DNA of 64,000 nucleotides from Thermoanaerobaculia bacterium (GTDB lineage Bacteria; Acidobacteriota; Thermoanaerobaculia; Multivoradales; UBA5704): NCBI GenBank assembly GCA_035544895.1, contig DASZZM010000026.1, positions 35,914 to 99,913 of the forward strand, read 5' to 3'. Shown piece by piece: positions 1 to 7,073 of this stretch (position 1 is its first letter; each line of letters starts with the position of its first letter). The notes under the pieces were generated by a model. It saw only the letters and a program-made list of their open reading frames with translations, ran no database searches and was not told where the DNA came from. The position numbers and the translations under genes were made by a program.

Positions 1-458
1 TCGTCGGCACGGAAGACCCGCCCGAGCAGCGGCCTGACTCCGAGCAGCGGCAAGAGCTCGGACGACACCGCCTCGCCGACCACCCGCTCCGGCTCCTCGC
101 CGCCGGACGACAGCGTGAGGCTGCGGGGGACGTGCGCGGCAAGCCGGGAGAAGGCGACGTTCTGCTCGCGCAGATCGCGGACGTCGAGATACGAGAGCCC
201 TCCCGAGTCGACGTGCTGCCTGAGCTGCACCAGGTGGACGGCAACGAGGCTCTCCGGGTGGGCGAAGGGGTAAGGCCGCAGAAGGACCGCTTCCACGATG
301 CTGAAAACGCACGCGTTGATGCCGATGCCCAGCCCGATGCAGAGCACCGCGGCCACGGTGACACCCTTGCTGCGGCCCAGCACGCGGGCAGCGAAGCGCA
401 GGTCCTGCAGCAGGACCTCCATATCCCCGACATACGCGGTCAAGCCCGAAAGGTTCAT
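1..458 (-). CDS. ADOP-family FtsX-like ABC transporter permease, N-terminal part. The gene continues past the left edge of the window.
   Basis: Reverse translation from the complement of 456-458 gives MNLSGLTAYVGDMEVLLQDLRFAARVLGRSKGVTVAAVLCIGLGIGINACVFSIVEAVLLRPYPFAHPESLV. This is the classic MacB/ADOP N-terminus (QDLRYA, GIGxNxxxFS). The frame stays open to position 1. It is not in the ORF track because it is incomplete at the edge. Confidence 0.6.
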   Translation of the reverse strand, partial: MNLSGLTAYVGDMEVLLQDLRFAARVLGRSKGVTVAAVLCIGLGIGINACVFSIVEAVLLRPYPFAHPESLVAVHLVQLRQHVDSGGLSYLDVRDLREQNVAFSRLAAHVPRSLTLSSGGEEPERVVGEAVSSELLPLLGVRPLLGRVFRAD

Positions 459-495
459 GGCCGCGCTTGGCCTCTGGCGCGGCCCCCTGGCGGGT

Positions 496-1554
496 TCACT
501 TCCGCGGTTCGACCACCACCAGATCGCGCAGACCTCCCAGGGCGGAGTGAGCCAGGTAGACGACGCCCTGGTCGGTCACCGCCGGATTGCGCGCGCCGGC
601 ATGCGTCGGCACCGTCGCCACCACCGACAGCTTGCCGTGCGAGTCGTCCCGCGCGATCGTCAGCGTTCCCGCCTTGGCGGCGCCGACGTACAACAGATGC
701 TTCGCCGGCCAGTAGTCGATGTCGTCCACCCCGTCGCCGGTGTCGATGGACGACAGGACCGCGCCGTCGTGTGCCGCGTCGAGCACCTCCGTGCGCGTGC
801 TGCAGGCGACGAACAGGTGGCCGGCGGCCGCATCCACGCGCAGGCCATGCGGACCGTCGGCGCCGCACGACGGGTTCCAGGTTGCCAGCGTCTTGTGCGT
901 CTTGAGATCGATCGCCAGCGTGCGGTCCTTGTCCTCGAGATTGGTGTAAAACCGCCCGCGCCCGGTGTCGACCGCGAACCCTTCAGGGTTGCCATCGAAG
1001 GTGAGCTTCGCTTTCTCGTCGAGCGTGGCCGCGTCGAGGATGCGGATCGATTTGTCGCGGGGCGTGGTGACCCAGACCTCCCTGGTGGGCGCGACGTAGG
1101 CGAGCGCGTCGGGCATCGAATCGAGGCGATGGCACGCGGCGCGCGCGAGCGTGCGGGAATTGAACGCGCACACGTTCGAGTCGGCGCGATTGCCGACGTA
1201 CACGAGGCCCTCGCCGGCGGTCACCGAGCTCGGTCCGACCTTGCGCTTGCGATCGCCCGACCCCATCTCCGCGGTGGGCAAGCCGTCGATCGTCCGCACC
1301 TTGCCGCTCGCGGGATCGATCACGGCCACGGTGCCCGTGTTTCCCGCCGGCGCCCACACCAGGCGGGTCGCCGGATCGAACGCGATGTAATCCATGTAGA
1401 CGCCATCGCCGCCCGCGGCGGCCAGCGGCTGCATGCGGACCGTGTAAGGCGCCTCCGCGCCGCGCGCCTGCCCGGCCACGAGAAGTAACGGACAAAGAAG
1501 AATCGACAGGAGGGCGACGCGACTGCGCTCGGGATTCAGATCAGGCCTCATCAT
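496..1554 (-). CDS. Secreted YVTN-type beta-propeller repeat protein.
   Basis: 352-aa ORF. N-terminal signal peptide (LLSILLCPLLLVAGQARGAEAP). Repeated G.V.V.D/..G..YV..N..D motifs typical of the YVTN/40-residue beta-propeller family. Confidence 0.7.
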   Translation of the reverse strand: MMRPDLNPERSRVALLSILLCPLLLVAGQARGAEAPYTVRMQPLAAAGGDGVYMDYIAFDPATRLVWAPAGNTGTVAVIDPASGKVRTIDGLPTAEMGSGDRKRKVGPSSVTAGEGLVYVGNRADSNVCAFNSRTLARAACHRLDSMPDALAYVAPTREVWVTTPRDKSIRILDAATLDEKAKLTFDGNPEGFAVDTGRGRFYTNLEDKDRTLAIDLKTHKTLATWNPSCGADGPHGLRVDAAAGHLFVACSTRTEVLDAAHDGAVLSSIDTGDGVDDIDYWPAKHLLYVGAAKAGTLTIARDDSHGKLSVVATVPTHAGARNPAVTDQGVVYLAHSALGGLRDLVVVEPRK

Positions 1555-1725
1555 GAGTAGATCCTTTCGTCTCGGCTACGCAAAGCCGACGTGGCGACGC
1601 CTGGCGGCGTGTGCGCCGGTTCCCCTACGTGGCGGTCACCTATGTGGCGCCGGCCATGCGGTGCGGGAGAGTCTAGCAGCCGCCGTCAGGACCCTGCCAC
1701 GGGGAACGATCGCCGACGACCCTGT

Positions 1726-2229
1726 TCACGCCGTCGCAAGCGAAGCCACGAACTCTCCTGCGGGAACGTTCACTGCCGTCGCGCTCGGTTGCAGTGTGGC
1801 GCGAAAGGCGGGCTCACGAAAGGTGAGGTCATTCGGTGGGTACAGCGAGATCGCCAAGGGCTTGGGCCGCAGTCCACCGTCGATATGCAGCAGAGCCTTG
1901 CGCGCGACGGAGATTCGGAAGGAGCCATCGGCTTCGGCCTGCAACTGCTCGCGGCGCAGAGCCAGGGGGCCGTGATGCTCGCCCTCGATGCGTACGCTAT
2001 AGAAGACTGGTGGGGTGTGGAACTCCTCGGCGGGTATCAGCCGCTTGCAGTCGGTCCGCAGGTCGATGTGGAAACAGAGATCCAGGGCCTCTTCGACCGT
2101 CTTGCCTTGGTCGTCGACGACATGAAGGAGTGCCCGCGGCTCGGCGGCGAGAGCCGAAGACGCCAACAAGAGGACCGAGAGGGCGACGAGGTGCCGGAGG
2201 AGACGACCTCCTCTCCCTCCCCGGAGCAC
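1726..2229 (-). CDS. Hypothetical small secreted protein. The GTG start is uncertain.
   Basis: Minus-strand ORF with a signal-like segment RLLRHLVALSVLLLASSALAAEP followed by a hydrophilic domain. No recognisable family. The ATG at 2307 is probably too far upstream, so a GTG near 2229 was chosen. Confidence 0.35.
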   Translation of the reverse strand: MLRGGRGGRLLRHLVALSVLLLASSALAAEPRALLHVVDDQGKTVEEALDLCFHIDLRTDCKRLIPAEEFHTPPVFYSVRIEGEHHGPLALRREQLQAEADGSFRISVARKALLHIDGGLRPKPLAISLYPPNDLTFREPAFRATLQPSATAVNVPAGEFVASLATA

Positions 2230-2419
2230 TAGGTTCGAGCCTTGAGCTTGACGACCTGAATCTCCAGCTGAGCGGCCCGCGACGGAGGCGGAGCCTGAGA
2301 GGCGCACTTCAGCGCAGGCAGCAGCGCGGTTCCCGCGCTTGTACGCCGCCTGCTTGTCTAAGAATACAGATGAATTCAGTCACGCGTCAAGGGTGGCGGC
2401 GCTAAATCATTGATTCTAT

Positions 2420-2466
2420 TGGTGCGGCTGGGAGGACTCGAATCCACGACCAAGAGTTTATGAAAC
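2420..2466. repeat. Left copy of a 47-bp direct repeat derived from a tRNA 3' half (att-like).
   Basis: tggtgcggctgGGAGGACTCGAAtCCaCGACCAAGAGTTTAtGAAAC. It matches 11802..11848 at about 41 of 47 positions and diverges immediately outside. Confidence 0.65.
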
Positions 2467-2494
2467 TGTTGGTAGTGATGCTATCGTCTACCGC
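2420..2494 (-). tRNA. Degenerate tRNA-Met(CAT)-like sequence of 75 nt. Probably a pseudo-tRNA that forms the attL end of an integrated island.
   Basis: The reverse complement ends in ...GGATTCGAGTCCTCCCAGCCGCACCA, i.e. T-loop TTCGAGT, acceptor 3' strand CAGCCGC, discriminator A and CCA. The 5' end GCGGTAG pairs 6/7 with that acceptor strand. The anticodon loop TTCATAA carries a CAT anticodon. The D-arm lacks the GG dinucleotide and the T-stem has mismatches (A at position 53), hence degenerate. Confidence 0.4.
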
Positions 2495-2536
2495 TCTGCT
2501 CATTGACACCACTAAGTATATTTCGAATTAACAGCA

Positions 2537-3046
2537 GTGTCACGGAAACGCGAAGGCCAGCACCCCTTCTTCATGAGGGCCTCGCACGGGTATGGCGAAA
2601 GGGCGGTCATGAACCAGCATGAGAAGAAACAGGTGTGCTTGACCGGGAAGCAGGATCAAATGCGGCGAGAGCTGGAGTCGCTGCTGCTGGAGCTGCCCCG
2701 GGCCGCCTGCCGGTCGCGGGATGTCGCGGCGGTTCTCGAATTCATCCACGCTCATGCGTTCGATTCAGGTCTTAACGTCGGCACGGTCAAGCAAGGTTGC
2801 CGGATCAAGGACAACAACATCTCCACACGGTTCCGGATCGCCGTGGGCCTCGGGATCCGCGAATACATCGAGGTATTGCGTCTCTCTTTCGCCTCGCGGC
2901 TCCTCCGAGGCAAACGCTTCGAGGTCTACCTGATAGCCATGGCGGTGGGATATGAGCATCAGGAGACCTTCTGCCGCGCCTTCCGCCGCCATTTTGGCTG
3001 CCCTCCTTCCAGCCTCATTGAAAGCAGAAGAAGCGTCAAGAGCTGA
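2537..3046 (+). CDS. AraC-family transcriptional regulator (small, HTH domain only).
   Basis: The C-terminal ~100 aa shows the two-HTH AraC signature: ...GLNVGTVKQGCRIKDNNISTRFRIAVGLGIREYIEVLRLSFASRLL...YLIAMAVGYEHQETFCRAFRRHFGCPPSSL. Local GC is lower than the surrounding DNA. Confidence 0.7.
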   Translation: MSRKREGQHPFFMRASHGYGERAVMNQHEKKQVCLTGKQDQMRRELESLLLELPRAACRSRDVAAVLEFIHAHAFDSGLNVGTVKQGCRIKDNNISTRFRIAVGLGIREYIEVLRLSFASRLLRGKRFEVYLIAMAVGYEHQETFCRAFRRHFGCPPSSLIESRRSVKS

Positions 3047-3154
3047 CGTCAAGAAGCTTGCTCAAGGTTTTCGGTCAAGGTGGTGCGTCAAGAGCAGGTA
3101 TCAAGAGGCTTGATCAAGCTCCCGCGCGGTACCTGTTCTTAAGATACTCGTGTC

Positions 3155-5599
3155 ATGCGGGTCCTCGTCGAATCGCTGCAAGCCGACCTGCGCTACGCGC
3201 TCCATCTCTTTCGCAAGGCGCCGCTCTCCACGGCCGCGATCGTTCTGGTGCTGGCCTTCGGCCTGGGGCTCCACCTCGCTGTCTTGGCCTTCTACAGGAC
3301 GTTTTTCCTAGCTCCGATTCCGGGCGTCCAGGCACCTGACCGCCTGGCCATCGTCGCCGGGCGTGGCTCTCTCGGCGGCGGCTGGCTGCCAATCTCCTAC
3401 CTCGACTATCGCAGCTTGGCCGCCGCCAGCAGGACGCTCTCGCCGATCGCGGCCTACCGCGACATCAGCGTAGCCCTCCCGGTGAACGAGGCTCCCCGCT
3501 ACGTGCTGGGAGAGATCGTCAGCCCAGGATTCTTCGAGCTTCTCGGCGCCCACGCCCGCCTCGGCCGTACCCTACAGCCAGGGGATGACGAGTCCGGAGA
3601 TCCGCAGGTCGTCGTCCTGAGCTCATACCTCTGGCAGACCAGCTTCGGCGGCGATCCGCACGCCGTCGGCAGGAAGATCCTGATCAATCAGGCACCCTTC
3701 ACGATCGTGGGCGTGATGGACCGGGAGTTTGTCAGCGTCGAAGGGCTGAGCGCCCCACGTCTGTGGGTACCGCTCGCCGCTTACCGCACCGCGTTCCCCG
3801 AGCCGGAGCAATTTCTCAAGCGCGAGAGCCGCACCCTTCTGCTGGTGGGCCGGCTCCGGCAGGGCGCCACCTTCAGCCAGGCAAGGCTGGAGCTCGACGT
3901 GATCGCAAGGCGCCTGGAGCAGGACAGCCCCGCGCAAGGCAAGCGCGAGCTGGAGCTGTCGCCGCTCGCCGCGAGGATCGCGGCGGATCGCCAGGTGTCG
4001 CTGCGGCATTCCACGGTCCTCCTCCTTTTGTTGTCGACCACGTTTCTGCTGGTCGCCTGCAGCAATCTGGCGAACCTTCTTCTGGCGAGGGGGTTGACCC
4101 GGCACCAGGAGATCAGGACCCGTTACCAGCTGGGGGCCTCCCAAGGTCGCCTCGTGCGCCAGTTCTTGACCGAAAGCCTGGTGCTGTCTCTGATCGGTGG
4201 GCTCTTGGCACCCATCGGCGCCTGGGGTTTGTTGAAGCTCCTGATCGCCCTCAAGCCGCCGGTCCTTCCCGGCCTGGCGCAGGAGTCCTTCCTCGGTCCC
4301 GGCGTCTATCTCTTCGAGCTGGCCGCGGCGCTTGCCATCGGCCTCGTCGCCGGTGCGGCACCGGCGCTCCAGGTATGGAGGGGGGGCTTCCTGGTCCAGC
4401 GCGAGAGCGCCGGGCCGGGAGCGAGCGTTTCTCGCGGCGCGATTCTTCAGGGCCGATGCTCCATCGCTTTTCAAGCGCTTCTGTGCACCGTCTCGCTCGC
4501 ATGCGCCGGCTTCTTTGTGAGCAGTCTCTTGCGCCTCGCCGAGATCGATCCCGGATTCGCCCGGAAGGGCCTCCTGGTGACCTCTCTCGACCTTAAGTCG
4601 CCCGGCTACAGTGAGAGCGAAGGGCGCCAGCTGCAGCAGCAGCTGCTGCTGACCCTTGGAAGTACGGCAACCATTCGCGCGGCCGCGCTGGCAGGCGGCC
4701 GGCCGCTGGGCGGTTTCAACATATGGCGAGACGTCTCCTTGGTGCGTTCCGCCCAGCATACGGAGACCACCCTTGTCGCATCCCAGGTCGTGAGCTCGGA
4801 CTACTTCCGGTGCCTGGGAATCCCGCTCCTCCGCGGCCGCGGATTCGATACCAGAGACCAGGCCGGAGCCCCACCCGCCGTGATCGTCAACGAGGCGGCG
4901 GTGCAACGCTTCTGGCCGCGGCGCGACCCGCTTGGACAGCGACTCTACCTGGATGACGAAGGGGTGCCGGTGGAGGTGGTGGGCGTCGCCCGCGATGCTC
5001 AATACATTCGCCTTGGCGAAGCTGCGATCCCGGTGCTGTACCTTGCCTCCTCGCAACGCTATCTCAGCCGGTCCTACCTGCATGTGCGCTTCACCCAGGG
5101 CGAGCGCGACGCGGTCGCGGCGGTGAGCGCCGCGCTCAGGCGGCTGAGCCGTGTGCGTCCAGGAGAGATCCAGACGATCTCTCAGGTCATCGAGCGCTCT
5201 CTCTGGCTGCCCAGATTGGAGGCTGTTCTGCTCTCCGTCATCTCTCTGTTCGGGCTGGCGCTGGCAATCACCGGGATGGCGGGCGTCACGGCCCTTTTCG
5301 GCCAGCAAAGGCGGCGGGACCTCGGTATCCGGGCTGCGCTTGGGGCGACGCCCGGCGGACTTTTCGGCAGTGCCGTGGGCCGCGAAGTCCTGGCCGCAGG
5401 CGGCGGTGCCACGGCGGGGGTCGCCGCGGCCTGGCTGATCCATCTCCGGGTCGCCAACCTCCTCTTCGAGTCGCAGAGTCAAGGACTGCAGGTCGCGTGG
5501 TGGGCGGCAGCCCTGACCCTGTCGGCGGCGTTCCTGGCGAGCGGCATTCCGGCGGCCCGCTGGTGCCGCCAGCAGCCGGCCCTCTGGCTGCGCTTCTGA
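3155..5599 (+). CDS. ADOP-family FtsX-like ABC transporter permease (MacB-type, two FtsX domains).
   Basis: 814 aa. N-terminus MRVLVESLQADLRYALHLFRKAPLSTAAIVLVLAFGLG. Two hydrophobic FtsX four-TM blocks are separated by large periplasmic domains. No ATPase gene is adjacent. Confidence 0.85.
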   Translation: MRVLVESLQADLRYALHLFRKAPLSTAAIVLVLAFGLGLHLAVLAFYRTFFLAPIPGVQAPDRLAIVAGRGSLGGGWLPISYLDYRSLAAASRTLSPIAAYRDISVALPVNEAPRYVLGEIVSPGFFELLGAHARLGRTLQPGDDESGDPQVVVLSSYLWQTSFGGDPHAVGRKILINQAPFTIVGVMDREFVSVEGLSAPRLWVPLAAYRTAFPEPEQFLKRESRTLLLVGRLRQGATFSQARLELDVIARRLEQDSPAQGKRELELSPLAARIAADRQVSLRHSTVLLLLLSTTFLLVACSNLANLLLARGLTRHQEIRTRYQLGASQGRLVRQFLTESLVLSLIGGLLAPIGAWGLLKLLIALKPPVLPGLAQESFLGPGVYLFELAAALAIGLVAGAAPALQVWRGGFLVQRESAGPGASVSRGAILQGRCSIAFQALLCTVSLACAGFFVSSLLRLAEIDPGFARKGLLVTSLDLKSPGYSESEGRQLQQQLLLTLGSTATIRAAALAGGRPLGGFNIWRDVSLVRSAQHTETTLVASQVVSSDYFRCLGIPLLRGRGFDTRDQAGAPPAVIVNEAAVQRFWPRRDPLGQRLYLDDEGVPVEVVGVARDAQYIRLGEAAIPVLYLASSQRYLSRSYLHVRFTQGERDAVAAVSAALRRLSRVRPGEIQTISQVIERSLWLPRLEAVLLSVISLFGLALAITGMAGVTALFGQQRRRDLGIRAALGATPGGLFGSAVGREVLAAGGGATAGVAAAWLIHLRVANLLFESQSQGLQVAWWAAALTLSAAFLASGIPAARWCRQQPALWLRF

Positions 5600-5652
5600 A
5601 GCGTACAACGAGCCGACGCTCGTTAGAGAAAGAGAGAAAGGAGGTGAACGCA

Positions 5653-5760
5653 ATGAAGAGATTCTACGCGCGTGAGGTCGAGACCCTGAAGACCACGGCG
5701 GCCTTCTATGGCTGCGACCCGACGAACTGTTGCAACTACCAGTGCTGCACCGACGGCTAG
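5653..5760 (+). CDS. Cys-rich 35-aa peptide. Candidate RiPP or secreted-peptide precursor: MKRFYAREVETLKTTAAFYGCDPTNCCNYQCCTDG.
   Basis: Strong RBS AAGGAGGTGAACGCA directly before the ATG. The gene sits immediately upstream of an RRE-protease gene. Five Cys lie in the last 15 residues (C-x4-CC-x3-CC). It is followed by a strong hairpin. Confidence 0.6.
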   Translation: MKRFYAREVETLKTTAAFYGCDPTNCCNYQCCTDG

Positions 5761-5780
5761 GCAACTAGCGCACCAGGATC

Positions 5781-5807
5781 GGGGCCGCCGCGGACGGCGG
5801 CGGCCCC
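5781..5807 (+). terminator. Strong GC hairpin between the peptide gene and the RRE-protease gene. Candidate partial terminator or attenuator.
   Basis: GGGGCCGCCG-cggacgg-CGGCGGCCCC: a 10-bp perfect stem with a 7-nt loop, followed by ggtcttccc. No clear U-tract, as is common in high-GC genomes. Confidence 0.4.
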
Positions 5808-5831
5808 GGTCTTCCCGCGAGGAGATCAAAC

Positions 5832-7073
5832 GTGGCCTACGGTCTGCAAGACTTCGTCGAAGTCTTCCCGTTCACCCGCCAGCCGGAGGGCGATGAGGTG
5901 GTCATCGGGCGGCCCGAAACCGGTGTGTTCCTGGCGCTACCGGCAGAGGCAGTCGAGATCCTCGACGACCTGGCTGCCGGCCGATCGGTCGGGGCGGCGC
6001 AGGCGGACTACGAACGTGCCCATCACGAGACTCCGGACGTGCCGGACCTTCTCGGCTTCTTGGAGAGCAAGGGCTTTGTCCGCAAGCGAGACGGCGAGCC
6101 TTCTCCGGACCGCGGCCGCCCGGCCTCGGCGCCAAGGCCTGCGCCGGCGAGCGTGCGCTACCACTTCGCCAACATCCCGGAGGCTGCTGCCCGGCGCGTC
6201 TTCGGCCCCTTTTCGACGCTCTTCTATCTGCTCATCATCGCAGCCGCCGTCGGGCTAGCGATCCAAGATCGCTCGCTCATTCCGGACGGCCGCAGCCTCT
6301 ACTTCACGGCGCACCGGACGGCGAAGATGGTGGGCGTATTTCTATTCTCGCTGCTATCCCTGTTCATTCACGAGTTCTGCCATCTCCTTGCGGCCCGTGC
6401 CGTCGGTGTCAAGTCGCGGCTCGGGATCGGCAACCGGCTCTGGGTCCTGGTGGCCGAGACCGACCTGACCGGCCTATGGGCCGTGCCGCGCAAGCAGCGC
6501 TATCTGCCCATGCTCGCGGGACCGATCTCGGACGGGGTGAGTGGCGCGCTGATCGTCTTTGCGCTCTGTGCCCAATCGCACCGGCTTCTCCACCTTTCCG
6601 CCGGCATGGTGGAGCTCTTGCGGGCCAGCCTCCTGCTGTTCCTTGCCCGCCTGCTGTGGCAGTGCTTCTTCTTCCTGCGAACGGATTTCTATTACGTGAT
6701 CGCGTTGTTCTTCGGCTGCAAGAACCTGATGAAAGATACGCAGAGATTCGTCACGGGCTGGTTGTCGTACTTCTTCCGCGGTCGCCCCAGGGATGACCAG
6801 AAGCGGATTCCCCCGCGGGAGATGCGGGTCATCAAGGTCTATTCGATTCTCTGGTTGCTGGGGCGAGGGCTGGCGTTCGTCTCGCTGTTCCTGTTTGCCG
6901 TTCCGGCTCTCACCCGCTACCTCCGGGACCTGTTCGGCGCGTTGTCGCGCGGCATCGGACCGGATGCATACGGTTTTGTCGACACCGTGGTGGTGAACCT
7001 GCTCAACCTGCTGCCCTTGGTCCTCGGCCTGAGCCTCTGGCTCGCGAGCCTCTTGAACAGGAGTCGGACATGA
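5832..7073 (+). CDS. Fusion protein: N-terminal PqqD-like RiPP recognition element fused to a membrane site-2-protease-like (M50 family) zinc metalloprotease.
   Basis: The N-terminal ~90 aa (EVVIGRPETGVFLALPAEAVEILDDLAAGRSVGAAQADYE...DLLGFLESKGFV) fit the PqqD/RRE pattern. The C-terminal ~300 aa are polytopic, with HEFCH (HExxH) inside a TM segment. A later TM segment carries MLAGPISDG, which I read as the S2P NxxPxxxLDG-type motif. Start is GTG 5832, with GAGGAG 9 nt upstream. Confidence 0.7.
   Translation: MAYGLQDFVEVFPFTRQPEGDEVVIGRPETGVFLALPAEAVEILDDLAAGRSVGAAQADYERAHHETPDVPDLLGFLESKGFVRKRDGEPSPDRGRPASAPRPAPASVRYHFANIPEAAARRVFGPFSTLFYLLIIAAAVGLAIQDRSLIPDGRSLYFTAHRTAKMVGVFLFSLLSLFIHEFCHLLAARAVGVKSRLGIGNRLWVLVAETDLTGLWAVPRKQRYLPMLAGPISDGVSGALIVFALCAQSHRLLHLSAGMVELLRASLLLFLARLLWQCFFFLRTDFYYVIALFFGCKNLMKDTQRFVTGWLSYFFRGRPRDDQKRIPPREMRVIKVYSILWLLGRGLAFVSLFLFAVPALTRYLRDLFGALSRGIGPDAYGFVDTVVVNLLNLLPLVLGLSLWLASLLNRSRT

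Noticed and set aside
132-1488. Plus-strand ORFs 132..905 and 298..1488.
   Set aside because: They overlap the beta-propeller and permease genes on the minus strand. Their translations are Arg/Pro-rich and low-complexity.
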